Shown: piece by piece, positions 40,785 through 52,600 of the stretch
How positions within the stretch are numbered: position 1 is the first letter of the stretch
How the letters are laid out: every line of letters begins with the position of its first letter
From: an uncultured Acidobacteriota bacterium
Lineage (GTDB): Bacteria > Acidobacteriota > Vicinamibacteria > Fen-336
Assembly: GCA_963720545.1 (NCBI GenBank)
Contig: OY970399.1
Coordinates: 3,776,001 to 3,840,000, forward strand
DNA: 64,000 nt
Direction: 5' to 3'
Translations under genes and position numbers: made by a program
The notes under the pieces: model-generated
Databases searched by the model: none
What the model was told of the DNA's origin: nothing
What the model saw: only the letters and a program-made list of their open reading frames with translations

Positions 40785-43700
40785 GCGACTCGCTCGAACG
40801 GCTCGCGAAGCTCTCGCCCAAGCGCCTGGCTCTGCTCGCCGCCGAGCTCCAGGACCGGGTCGCACAGCTCGAACGCCGCCAGGCCGAGCCCATTGCTGTC
40901 GTCGGGATGGCCTGTCGCCTCCCCGGCGGGGTCACCGGGCTCGAGGAGTACTGGCGGCTGCTGGCGGAGCGCGTCGACGCGATCTCGGAGGTGCCGGCGG
41001 AGCGCTGGGATGTCGATGCTTACTACGATCCCGATCCGGACGCCCCCGGGAAGATGTCCACGCGTTTCGGCGGGTTCATCGAAGACGTCGGACGCTTCGA
41101 CGCGCACTTCTTCGGCATCTCGCCGCGAGAGGCCGTCAGCATGGACCCGCAGCACCGGCTGTTGCTCGAGACCTCGTGGGAGGCGCTGGAGCACGCCGGC
41201 CTTTCGGCCGACCGCCTTGCCGGTTCGACCACCGGCGTGTTCGTCGGCCTCTGCGGCGGCGACTACGGCCAGCTGATGATGGAGCGCGGCGAGCGCGCCA
41301 TCGACGCGTACCTCGCTTCGGGCACCGCCCACAGCATCGCCGCCGGCCGCGTGTCCTATGCCCTGGGATTGCACGGGCCGAGCGTCTCGATCGACACCGC
41401 GTGCTCGTCGTCGCTGGTCGCATTGCACTACGCCTGCCAGAGCCTGCGCCTTGGCGAATGCAGCGCGGCGCTGGCCGGCGGCGTCAACCTGATCCTCGCG
41501 CCGGAAGTGACGATCGCGCTGTCCAAGGCGCACATGATGGCGCCGGACGGGCGTTGCAAGACGTTCGACGCGCGCGCCGATGGCTTCGTGCGCGGCGAGG
41601 GCTGCGGCATCGTCGTGCTGAAGCGGCTCAGCGACGCACGTGCCGCTGGCGACCGCATCCTCGCAGTGGTGCGCGGCACCGCCATTGGGCAGGACGGCCG
41701 CAGCAACGGCCTGACCGCGCCGAACGGCGTCGCCCAGGAGGCGGTGATTCGCGCCGCGCTCGCGAACGCCGCCCTCGAACCCGCGCAGGTCTCGTACGTC
41801 GAGGCGCACGGCACTGGCACCTCGCTCGGCGACCCGATCGAGGTGCGGGCGCTCGCGGCCGCGCTCGGCCCGGGACGCGACCCAGCACGCCCGCTGCTGC
41901 TGGGCTCTGTGAAAGCAAACATCGGGCACCTCGAAGCCGCGGCCGGCGTGGCCGCGTTCATCAAGGTGGTGCTGGCGCTGCAGCACCGCTCGATACCCGG
42001 GCATCCGCTGCTCGACAAGCTCAACCCGCATATCGAATGGGAGCGGCTGCCGGTGTCGATCCCGACCGCGACGATCGAGTGGCCCGCCGCAAGCCGACCG
42101 CGCCGGGCCGGCGTCAGCTCCTTCGGCTTCAGCGGCACCAATGCGCACCTCATCCTCGAAGAAGCGGAGGCGGAAGCGCCCGCGCCGCAGCCTGCCCCCA
42201 CTGCCGTGGCGCGCGTGCCACAGCTCGTGCCGCTCAGTGCGAAGACGGCGCCCGCTCTGACCGCGCTGCTGGCGCGCTACGCGGCACACCTCGAGAGCCC
42301 CGCCGGCGCAGCGCTGGCACTCGCCGACATCGCGCACACGACAGCCGCCGGCCGCGCGCATTTCCATCACCGCGCCGCCGTGGTCGCCACCGACGCGGGG
42401 CAGCTGCGGCAGCGGCTCGCCGATGGCCCCGGCGTCGTGCGCGGTGTCGTCGCCGAGGGCTATGTGCCCGAGATCGGATTCCTGTTCACCGGGCAGGGCG
42501 CGCAGCGCGTCGGTATGGGCCGCGAGCTCTACGACAGCCACCCCCTGGTGCGGCGACTGCTGGACGAGTGCCAGCGCCTGCTCTCTGCGCGCCTGCCGCG
42601 GCCGCTGCTCGAGGTGATGTTCGGCGGCGACCAGGCGGCCCTCGACGACACCACCTACGCCCAGCCCGCGCTGTTCGCGCTCGAGTACGCGCTCGCGGCC
42701 TTGTGGCGCTCGCTCGGCGTCGTGCCCGCCGTGCTGCTCGGACACAGCGTCGGCGAGCTGGCGGCGGCCTGTGTTGCCTCGGTGATGAGCCTCGAAGACG
42801 GGCTCGAGCTGGTCGCGGAGCGCGGCCGGCTGATGGGTCAGCTGCCTCGGGACGGCGCCATGGCCGCGATCTTCGCGGGTGCTGTGGACGTGGCCGCCGC
42901 GGTGAGCAGCCAACAGGGTCGAATCGCGATCGCCGCGCACAATGGCCCGCGGCACGTCGTGGTTTCGGGCGACACAGCGGCGGTCGCCGCACTCGTGGCG
43001 CGGATGGAGGCGGCCGGCGTCAAGGCCCGCGCGCTGCAGGTGTCGCACGCATTTCACTCGCCGCTGATGGAGCCGATGCTGCCGGCATTCACGGTTGCGG
43101 CCGGCGGCAAGGCGTTCCACACGCCGCAGATCCGTATCGTCGCGAACGTCACGGGCGAGCTGATGACCGAAGCTCCGGATGCGGCGTACTGGACCAGGCA
43201 CGTTCGGGCGGCCGTGCAATTCGAGCGCGCCGTGGGCGCGGCCTGCGGCCTGGGCATCGACACCTGGATCGAGATTGGACCGGCGCCCGTGCTGCTCGCT
43301 CTCGGGCGCGCCTGCCTCGCGGAACAACGAGGCCGCTGGCTGCCGAGCCTGCAGCCGGGGCGTGGCGACTGGCAGCAGTTTCTCGACAGCGCCGCCGCGC
43401 TTTATGCCGCCGGCGCCGATCTCGACTGGGAACGCTTCGCGCGCGAGCGCGGCGGCACCGGCAGTCGGGTGGCCCTGCCGAGCTACCCGTTCCAGCGCCA
43501 GCATTTCTGGATCGAGCAGGCGCGGCGCGCGCCGGCGGCCGCTGCACAGCCATTCGCAGACTGGCTCTACGACGTCGATTGGGAACCGCTGCCGCGCGCC
43601 GGCGAAGCCGCCGCCGCATTTGCGACCGGACCGCTCGTCGCGAGCGCGGCGGCCGAGGTGCCGGCGCTTGCCGAACGCTTCGCGGTTTCGGCGTACGACA

Positions 43701-46648
43701 CGTTCCAGCCCGGGCTCAACGCCATGTGCACGGCATACGTCCTGCAAGGGCTCGCGGAGCTCGGCTGGTCGCCGCGCGCGGGCGAGGCGGTGGCCGCGGC
43801 GCCGTTGATGCAGCAGCTCGGCATCGCCGGGCGTCACGCGCGCCTGGTCGAGCGCATGCTGCAGATGCTCGGCGAAGACGGGGTGCTGTCGCGCAGCGAT
43901 GGCGGCTGGCGCGCGGCCGCCGCACCGCCGCCGCTCGCCGACGCCGCGGCATTGGCGCAGCAGCTATTCGAACGGTTCGAAGCGCACCGCGCCGAACTGG
44001 TGCTGACGCGCCGCTGCGCCGAGCAGCTCGCGGGCGTGCTGCGCGGCAGGGTCGATCCGCTGCAGCTGCTGTTCCCGGGCGGATCGCTCAGCGAAGCCGA
44101 GGATCTGTACCAGAACGCGCCGTCGTCGCGCTTCTACAACACGCTCGTGCAGACGATCCTGGGCCAGGCAGTCGCCGGCCGCACTGCCGGCGAGCGGCTG
44201 CGGATCCTGGAGATTGGCGGCGGCACCGGCGGCACCACGTCCTACGTCCTGCCGCACCTGCCGGCCGGACAGACGGAGTACACCTTCACCGACGTCTCAG
44301 CGCACTTCCTGCGCCAGGCGCAGCGCAAGTTCGCGGCGTTCCCGTTCGCCCGCTACCGCACCCTCGACATCGGCGCGGCACCCGAAGCGCAGGGTTTCGC
44401 GGCGGGCGAGTTCGACATTGTGATCGCGGCCAACGTCCTGCACGCCACCGCCGACCTGCGACGCACGCTCGCGCACGTGCGCGAGCTGCTGGCGCCGGGC
44501 GGCCTGATGGTCCTGCTCGAAGGCACTTCACCGCAGCGCTTCGGCGACCTGACGGTCGGCCTCACCGAAGGCTGGTGGTCGTTCACCGACACCGACCTGC
44601 GCGACTACGCCTTGCTGCCCCAGGCGCGCTGGTTCTCGTTGCTCGCGGAAGCGGGCTTCACCGACGCGGTCGCGACACCGCAGGGTGCACAGGCCACTGG
44701 CCTGCTGTCGCAGCAATCGATTTTCCTCGCCCGCCGGCCGGCCGCATTGGCCGCCGCGGCGCGGCCCGATCACTGGCTGATCCTTGCCGACGAAGGCGGC
44801 ATCGGCGCGGCGGTCGCTGCGGGTCTCGACGCGGATGCGACGCTCGTCCTGCGCGGTGACCCTTATCAAGCGGCAGACGGCACACGGCTCGACCTGGGTG
44901 CACCCGCGGGCCTGCGCGCGCTGGTCGCCGATGTCGGGGCCGCGCGCCGGCCCGCGCATCTCGGCGTGCTGCACCTCTGGGCCGCCGACTCGCTTGCAGG
45001 CGACGACCCGACGGCTGAGCAGGTGGCGCAGGCCCAGGCGCGCGGCACGGCGAGCGCCTTGCACCTCGTGCAGGCGCTGGCCGCCGTGGCCCCGGCGCCC
45101 CGCACCCAGTTGTGGCTCGCCACGCGCGGCGCGCAGCCGGCGGCCGACGGCGAGCGCGTGGCGGTCGAGCAGTCGTCGCTCTGGGGGCTCGGCAGCGTGG
45201 TGGCGCTCGAGCTGCCGGAACTCTCGTGCAGCCGTGTCGACCTCGCTCCGCAGGAAACGGCGGCGCACGCGGCAGGAGCGCTGCTCGAGGAACTGCGGCA
45301 AGGCCGCGGTGACGAGGACCAGGTGGCGTGCCGCGGCGGGCGCCGCTACGCACGGCGGTTGCGGCGCGTCGCTGCGCCGTCGCGGCAGGCGCGTACCGCG
45401 TTTCGCGCGGATGCCACCTACCTCATTACCGGCGGATTGAGCGGCCTCGGGCTGCTGACGGCGGAGTGGCTGGTAGCGCACGGCGCCCGCAGCCTCACGC
45501 TGGTGTCGCGCCGCGGCGCCTCGCAGCAATCGGCGGCGGCGCTCGCGCGCATGGCCGCTGCAGGCGCGCGCATTGACGTGCACGCGCTCGACGTAGCCGA
45601 GACGGCCGGGGTCGCGGCGCTTGTGGCCGGCATCGAACGCACCGGCCCGCCGCTCGGCGGCATCTTCCACTGCGCGGGCGTGCTCGACGACGGCATGATC
45701 GTGCACCAGGACTGGCAGCGCTTCCGCACGGTGATGGCGGCGAAGGTCGATGGCGCATGGAACCTTCATCGGTGCACCCGGCACCTGCCGCTCGAACATT
45801 TCGTCCTGTTCTCTTCGGGCGGATCGCTGCTCGGCACCATGGGTCAGAGCAACCATGCGGCCGCCAACGCCTTCCTCGATGCGCTCGCACACGATCGGCG
45901 CGCCAGCGGACTTCCGGCCCTCAGCATCAACTGGGGCGCCTGGGCCGACGTTGGTTCGGTGGTGTCCCACGGCGTCGGCGCGCGGGTCGCGGTGCAAGGA
46001 CTCGGCCTCATACCGGTCGCGGCGGGGCTCGACATCCTCGACCGCCTGCTCGGCGACTCGCGGCCGCAGGTTGCGGTGGTGCCGGTCGATTGGCCGACGC
46101 TCATCAGGCAGTTCCCGGCGGGGCGGGTGCCGGCTTTTCTCAAGCGCCTGGCGGGCGAAGCGCCGGCGGCGGCTCCGGCTTCGGCAGCGCCGCTTGCGCA
46201 AACGGCAGCTCCGGCGCCGGCGCAGCGGCCGCTGAGAGACCGCCTGGCTGCGGCGCCGTCGGGGGAGCGGCGCACGCTGCTCAACGAGCACATCCGCCGC
46301 GAGGTCGGCCTGGTGCTGGGCCTCGACGGCGCCGATCTCGACGAGGCGCAGCCCCTGCAGCAACTTGGGCTCGACTCGCTGATGGCCGTCGAACTGCGCA
46401 ACCACCTGAGCGACAGCACGGAACAGCAGCTGCCAATCACTCTGCTGTTCGACCAGCCTTCGGTCGGCGCGCTCACCGGCTTCCTCGGCCGCGCCCTGGC
46501 ACTGGACGCCGAAGCGGCGCCCCCGGCGCCGTCGGCAGCCGCGCGGCCGCAGGTACGCGGAGCAAACGCCGCAGCGAGCATCGACCTCGACGATCTTTCC
46601 GAGGACGCCCTGGCGCGGCTGCTCGCCGAGAAATTGAAGCAGGCCTGA
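40781..46648 (+). CDS. Type I PKS module 5: KS-AT-C-methyltransferase-KR-ACP
   Basis: Real start is the ATG at 40781 (MSDSLERLAKLSPKRLALL). AT: GHSVG, HAFH. MT: LEIGGGTGG. KR: LDD, GQSNHAAAN. ACP: GLDSL. Confidence 0.93.
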   Translation: MSDSLERLAKLSPKRLALLAAELQDRVAQLERRQAEPIAVVGMACRLPGGVTGLEEYWRLLAERVDAISEVPAERWDVDAYYDPDPDAPGKMSTRFGGFIEDVGRFDAHFFGISPREAVSMDPQHRLLLETSWEALEHAGLSADRLAGSTTGVFVGLCGGDYGQLMMERGERAIDAYLASGTAHSIAAGRVSYALGLHGPSVSIDTACSSSLVALHYACQSLRLGECSAALAGGVNLILAPEVTIALSKAHMMAPDGRCKTFDARADGFVRGEGCGIVVLKRLSDARAAGDRILAVVRGTAIGQDGRSNGLTAPNGVAQEAVIRAALANAALEPAQVSYVEAHGTGTSLGDPIEVRALAAALGPGRDPARPLLLGSVKANIGHLEAAAGVAAFIKVVLALQHRSIPGHPLLDKLNPHIEWERLPVSIPTATIEWPAASRPRRAGVSSFGFSGTNAHLILEEAEAEAPAPQPAPTAVARVPQLVPLSAKTAPALTALLARYAAHLESPAGAALALADIAHTTAAGRAHFHHRAAVVATDAGQLRQRLADGPGVVRGVVAEGYVPEIGFLFTGQGAQRVGMGRELYDSHPLVRRLLDECQRLLSARLPRPLLEVMFGGDQAALDDTTYAQPALFALEYALAALWRSLGVVPAVLLGHSVGELAAACVASVMSLEDGLELVAERGRLMGQLPRDGAMAAIFAGAVDVAAAVSSQQGRIAIAAHNGPRHVVVSGDTAAVAALVARMEAAGVKARALQVSHAFHSPLMEPMLPAFTVAAGGKAFHTPQIRIVANVTGELMTEAPDAAYWTRHVRAAVQFERAVGAACGLGIDTWIEIGPAPVLLALGRACLAEQRGRWLPSLQPGRGDWQQFLDSAAALYAAGADLDWERFARERGGTGSRVALPSYPFQRQHFWIEQARRAPAAAAQPFADWLYDVDWEPLPRAGEAAAAFATGPLVASAAAEVPALAERFAVSAYDTFQPGLNAMCTAYVLQGLAELGWSPRAGEAVAAAPLMQQLGIAGRHARLVERMLQMLGEDGVLSRSDGGWRAAAAPPPLADAAALAQQLFERFEAHRAELVLTRRCAEQLAGVLRGRVDPLQLLFPGGSLSEAEDLYQNAPSSRFYNTLVQTILGQAVAGRTAGERLRILEIGGGTGGTTSYVLPHLPAGQTEYTFTDVSAHFLRQAQRKFAAFPFARYRTLDIGAAPEAQGFAAGEFDIVIAANVLHATADLRRTLAHVRELLAPGGLMVLLEGTSPQRFGDLTVGLTEGWWSFTDTDLRDYALLPQARWFSLLAEAGFTDAVATPQGAQATGLLSQQSIFLARRPAALAAAARPDHWLILADEGGIGAAVAAGLDADATLVLRGDPYQAADGTRLDLGAPAGLRALVADVGAARRPAHLGVLHLWAADSLAGDDPTAEQVAQAQARGTASALHLVQALAAVAPAPRTQLWLATRGAQPAADGERVAVEQSSLWGLGSVVALELPELSCSRVDLAPQETAAHAAGALLEELRQGRGDEDQVACRGGRRYARRLRRVAAPSRQARTAFRADATYLITGGLSGLGLLTAEWLVAHGARSLTLVSRRGASQQSAAALARMAAAGARIDVHALDVAETAGVAALVAGIERTGPPLGGIFHCAGVLDDGMIVHQDWQRFRTVMAAKVDGAWNLHRCTRHLPLEHFVLFSSGGSLLGTMGQSNHAAANAFLDALAHDRRASGLPALSINWGAWADVGSVVSHGVGARVAVQGLGLIPVAAGLDILDRLLGDSRPQVAVVPVDWPTLIRQFPAGRVPAFLKRLAGEAPAAAPASAAPLAQTAAPAPAQRPLRDRLAAAPSGERRTLLNEHIRREVGLVLGLDGADLDEAQPLQQLGLDSLMAVELRNHLSDSTEQQLPITLLFDQPSVGALTGFLGRALALDAEAAPPAPSAAARPQVRGANAAASIDLDDLSEDALARLLAEKLKQA

Positions 46649-46667
46649 TGCGAAGGGAGAGCGCAGC

Positions 46668-49600
46668 ATGAGCGACGAGACAGGATCGGCGGCGCGGCGC
46701 GCGCTGTTGCAGGAGGCGCTTGCCCGCCTCGACGAGCTGCAGGGCAAGCTGGCTGCCAGCGAACGCAGCCGCCGCGAACCGATCGCGATCGTCGGCCTCG
46801 GCTGCCGCTTCCCGGCGGGCGGCAACGATCCGGCTGCGTTCTGGCAGGTGCTGCGCGACGGCGTCGACGGCGTGAGCGAGGTGCCGCCCGAGCGCTGGAG
46901 CCTCGACGAGTTCTACGATCCCGACCCGGATGCGCCGGGCAAGACGTACACACGCTTCAGCGCCTTCCTCGACCACATGCCGGACCGCTTCGACGCAGCC
47001 TTCTTCGGCATCAGCCCGCGGGAGGCGAGCGGCATGGATCCCCAGCACCGGCTGTTGCTCGAAGTCGCCTGGGAGTCGCTCGAGAACGCGGGCATAGCAC
47101 CCACAGACCTGGCCGGCACCGATGCCTCGGTCTTCCTCGGCATCGCCTCCATCGACTACGCGGCGATGCAGGGGCGCATCGGCGGCGTCGAGATGCTGGA
47201 CACGTATCACGCCTCGGGCGTTGCTCACGCCATCGCCGCGGGCCGGATCTCGTACACGCTCGGTTTGCAGGGACCCTGCCTCGCGGTAGACACAGCGTGC
47301 TCGTCGGCGATGGTCGCGATCCATCTCGCGGTCCAGAACCTGCGCGCCGGCACCACCGGCCTCGCGATTGCCGGCGGCATCAACCTGGTCCTGGGCCCCG
47401 AGGGCGCAATCCTCACCTCGCGTGCCCGGATGCTCTCGGTGGACGGCCATTGCAAGACTTTCGACGCCGCCGCCGACGGCTATGTCCGCGGCGAGGGCTG
47501 CGGATTGGTGGTGCTGAAGCGGCTCAGCGACGCGCTGGCCGCCGGGGACGACATCCGCGCCGTGATTCGTGGCTCGGCGATCAACCAGGACGGCCGCAGC
47601 GCCGGGCTCACGGCGCCGCATGGCCCCTCGCAGGAGGCGGTGATTCGCGCCGCCCTCGATGACGCCGGCGTCACCCCCGGGGAGGTGAGCTACGTCGAGG
47701 CGCACGGCACCGGTACCTCGCTCGGCGACCCGATCGAGGTCAAGGCGCTCGGCGCCGTCTTCGGCCCTTCGCACTCGGCGGCGCAGCCGCTGATCGTGGG
47801 CGGGTCCAAGAGCAACATCGGCCACCTCGAAGCCGCCGCCGGCGCCGCCGGGCTCGCGAAGGTGCTGCTGATGCTGCAACACGGCGAGGTTCCGCCGAAC
47901 CTCAACTTCCGCAACCCGAACCCGCTGATACCGTGGGCTGAGCTGCCGATCCGGGTTCCGACGCAGGTGCTGCCCTGGGTACGCGGCGCTGCGCCGCGCA
48001 TCGCCGGCATCAGCGCCTTCGGCTTCAGCGGCACCAACGCACACATGGTGGTCGAGGAGGCGCCGGCGCGCGCGATAGTGCCTGCGGCCGCCGTCCGGCC
48101 TGCGGCGGATGCCGCGCACCCCCAGCTGCTGACGCTCTCGGCCCGCGACCAGACGGCGCTACGCGAGCTTGCCGGCCGCTTCGCCGCCGCAGTGCAGTCC
48201 GATCCTGCGCCGTCCCTGGCCGACGTCTGTTTCACGGCCAACACCGGCCGCGCGCAATTCGCGCACCGGCTTGCCGTCAGTGCCGCGACTCCCGCCGAAC
48301 TCGCGCAAAGGCTCGCCGCTTTCGCCGCCGGCCAGCAGGCGCCCGGCGTCGTGCATGGCCATGCACCGCCGAAGAAACCGCGGATCGCGTTCCTCTTCAC
48401 CGGCCAGGGCTCGCAATACGCCGGTATGGGCCGCGGCCTGTATGCGTCCCAGCCGGCCTTTCGCGAGGCGCTCGACCGCTGCGCGGCCGTGCTCGACGAG
48501 GAACTCGGGCGGCCGCTGCTGCCGCTCCTCTTCGACGACGGCACAGCCCTCAACCAGACCGCCTTCACCCAGCCCGCGCTCTTCGCCCTCGAATACTCGC
48601 TCGCCGCCATGTGGCGTTCGTGGGGGATCGAGCCTGGCGCGCTCGTGGGACACAGCGTCGGCGAGTACGTCGCCGCGTGTGTGGCCTCGGTGTTCAGCCT
48701 TGAAGACGGCCTGCGGCTGATCGCGGCGCGCGGCCGCCTGATGCAGGCGCTGCCCCCGGGCGGCACCATGCTGGCCGTGATGTCGGACGAAGCCACGGTC
48801 GCGGCGGCCATCGCGGCGCATGCTGCGTCGGTGTCGATAGCCGCCCTCAACGGGCCCGCGAACACCGTGATCGCGGGTGCCGCCGGCCCGGTTCAGGAGA
48901 TCGCGCAGGCGCTCGCGACGCGCGGCATCGAGACCAAGCCGCTCGTGGTGTCGCACGCTTTCCACTCGCCGCTCATGGAACCGATGCTCGACGAGTTCGA
49001 GAAGGTCGCGGCGCGCGTCGCCTACTCGGCCCCGCGCATGGTGGTGATCGCGAACGCCACCGGAGCGCCGGCGGCCGGCGGCGACCTGCAGACCGCCGGC
49101 TACTGGCGGCGCCACGTCCGCGGCGCGGTGCGCTTCGCCGATTCCATCGTCGCCCTGCGCGAGCAGGGTTATCGGCAATTCCTGGAGATCGGACCGAAAC
49201 CGACGCTCGCGGGCATGGCGCGCCAATGCTGGCCCGCCGACGGACCAGCCGCGTCCTGGCTGCCTTCGTTGCGCACCGGACGCAACGACTCCCAGCAGGT
49301 GATGGAAAGCCTTGCTGCGGCCTATGTGCAAGGCGCCAGCGTCGACTGGGCTGCGGTCGCCGGCAGCGAACACGGCCGTCGCATCGCCTTGCCGACCTAT
49401 CCGTTCCAGCGCACCCGCTACTGGTTCACCTTGCCGCCGTCGCGGCCGCGCACCGAAGCCGGTGCGCTTCACCCGCTGCTGACAAAGCGAATCCGCTCCG
49501 CGGCGCTCGCCGACACGGTTTTCGAGACGTCGCTCAGCGCCGAGTGGCCGGCATTCCTGCGCGACCACCTCATCCTCGACAACGTGATCTATCCGGCGAC

Positions 49601-52600
49601 CGGCTACATCGAGATGGCTCTCGCGGCGGCCCGCCAGCTCGGCGCCGGCCCGCATGCGCTCGAATCGTTCTCGATTCACGCACCGCTCATCCTGCCCGAG
49701 CGTTCGCAGGACGCCGTGGCTGTGCAACTCGTCGCCGCTGCCGCTGCCGGCGGCGCGACGGCGTTTCGGATCCTGAGTGCGCCGGGCGGGGACAAGGACG
49801 CGCCCTGGACCTTGCACGCAACCGGCACCTTGCGCTGCCTCGACCGGGCGCAGGCAGCGCCGCCGGCGCCGGCCGAGTGGCGCGCCGGCACGGCACGCGC
49901 GGCCGACGAGTACTACGAGCTGCTGCGCGAGCGCGGCGCCACCTACGGCCCGGCCTTTCGCGGCATCGCGCAGCTGGCGCGGGGTGACGGCGAGGCCTGG
50001 GCCAGGATTGAATTGCCCGCGGAGGCCGGCGAGCCCGGCGCCTACCTGCTGCACCCGGCGGCGCTCGATGCGGCCTTCCAGGTGATCGGCGCGGCGCTGC
50101 CGCCGGCGATAGAGGCCGCCCTGGGAGACGCGGTGTTCATGCCGGTGGACATGCGGCGGCTCGTCGCACTGGCGCCGTTGCCGCGGCAGTTCCAGGTCTA
50201 TGGCACCGTCGTGGCCGCGCCGGGCGGCGAGACGTTGAGTGCCGAACTCGCGCTGTTCGACACGAGCGGCGCACCGCTGGCGCTGGTGCAATCGGTCAGC
50301 CTGAAGCGCGCCTCGCGCAAGGCGCTGCTGGCGGCGCTGCAGCACGGCGAGCAGGACTGGTTCTATGAGCAGGCATGGCGTGCGCAGGCACTCGCTGCGG
50401 AAGCCCCGGCGCCGGCCGGATCCTGCCTGTTGCTTCTCGATGAACGCGGCCTCGGCGAACAGGTGGCCGAGTTGCTGGAGGGTTCCGGTGTTCGCTGTGC
50501 GCGGGTCGCCCGTGGCGACGATGTCGCAGCCGCGCTGGCTGCCGCGCAGCGCGGCACCGAGCCGCTGCGGGTGGTTTCGCTGCGAAGCCTCGATGCCGAT
50601 ACGCCGCTTGCGGCTTCGGTCGCGGCGCTCGACGTCGTGCAGGCGTTGACCACGGCCGGAGCTCCGCAGACGCGCCTCTTCATCGTGACGCGCGGCGCCC
50701 AGCCCGCAGCCGGCGGGGCCGCGTCGCTCGCACAGGCGCCGGTGTGGGGACTTGGCCGGGTCGCGGCGCAGGAGCATCCAGAGCTGCACACGGTGCTCTT
50801 CGACCTCGACCCGGCTGCGGAGCCGGGCGACGCCGCGTCCCTGGCCGCGGAGTTGACGGCGGGCAGCGGCGAATCGCAGGTGGCGCTGCGCCGCGGCGAA
50901 CGCCTGGTGGCGCGCCTGGTGCGCAGCCGCAGCCAGAGAAATGCGCCTCTGGAACCGTACCGTGCCGAGATCACGAGCCGCGGCGTGCTCGACAACCTGG
51001 TCTTGCGGCCGCTGGTGCGCACCGCGCTCGCCCCGGGCGAGGTCGAGGTGGAGGTGCAGGCCTCCGCGCTCAACTTCCGCGACGTCCTCAACGTGCTCGG
51101 CATGTATCCGGGCGATCCCGGTGCGCCCGGCACCGAATGCGCAGGGGTGGTGTCCGCGGTGGGCGAGGGCGTCAGCGTCCTGCAACCGGGGGACAGCGTC
51201 ATGGGCATAGCGGCCCACGCCTTCGACTCGCACGCGCTGGCGCGTGCCGAGCTGCTGGTGCGCAAGCCGGACGGCCTGACGTTCGCCGAGGCGGCGGGCG
51301 TGCCGATCGCGTTCCTGACGGCGCTCTACGGGTTGCAGAATCTCGCCGGCCTCAAGCCCGGCGCGCGTGTGCTGATCCACGCGGCCGCCGGCGGCGTCGG
51401 CCTGGCTGCCGTGCAGATCGCGCGCAAGCACGGTGCGGAGATCTTCGCGACCGCAGGCTCCGCAGAAAAACACGCCTACCTCAAGGACCTCGGCGTGCAG
51501 CACGTCATGAGCTCGCGCACGCTCGACTTCGCCGACGAGGTGCTGGCGCTCACCGGCGGCGCCGGCGTCGACATCGTCCTCAATGCGCTGGCGGACGACT
51601 TCATCCCGAAGAGCCTGTCGGCGCTCGCGGCGGACGGCTGTTTCCTCGAGATCGGCAAGCGTGGCATCTGGAGCGCGGAACAGGTCCGGGCCGTGCGCCC
51701 GAATGCACGATACTTTCCCTATGACCTTTCCGAGGTCTTGAGCAACGACGTGCCCCTGTGGCGCGCAATGCTCGAGTCGGTGCTTGCCGACCTGGAAAGC
51801 GGCGCGCTGCAGCCTCTGCCGGTGACGGCGTTCCCGGCCGCCGCCATCGTCGACGCGTTTCGTTTCATGGCGCAGGCGAAGCACATCGGCAAGGTGGTCG
51901 TCAGCCATCGCGCCATCGGCCCCCTGGTCCGCCCGGACGCGGGCTACCTGGTGACCGGAGGGCTGAGCGGCCTGGGCCTGGAGACGGCCGCCTGGCTGGT
52001 CGCGGAGGGTGCGCGGCACGTTGCGCTCGTCGCACGCAGCGCGCCGGGCGCGGCCGCGCAGGAGCCACTGGCGCAGATGCGTGCGGCCGGCGCGAACGTG
52101 CATGTGTTTGCCGCGGATATCTCGTCGGCAACCGAAGTCGCACGGGTCTTTGCGGAGGCGGCGGCCGCGATGCCCCCGCTGCGTGGGGTGGTGCACTCCG
52201 CCGGGGTGCTCGACGACGGCACCCTGCGCCAGCAGACCGCGGAGCGCTTCGCGACCGTCATGGCGACCAAGGTCGACGGCGCCTCACACCTCGACCACGA
52301 GACACGCGGCCTGCCGCTCGATTTCTTCGTGATGTTTTCCTCGGTCGCCGCCGTGTTCGGCGCTCCCGGACAAGGCAACTACGCCGCTGCCAACGCCTTC
52401 ATGGATGCGCTTGCGCACGCGCGCAGGGCGGCCGGCCGGTGTGCGCTCAGCATCAACTGGGGCGGCTGGGCCGAGGTCGGGATGGCCGCGCGGCTCGCGG
52501 CACGCGACCATCGCCAGCGGGAGCAGGCGGGCATCGACCTGATCACTCCGGAGCGCGGCATGCGCGCGTTTGCGCACGCCCTTGCGGGCGACGCGGCGCA

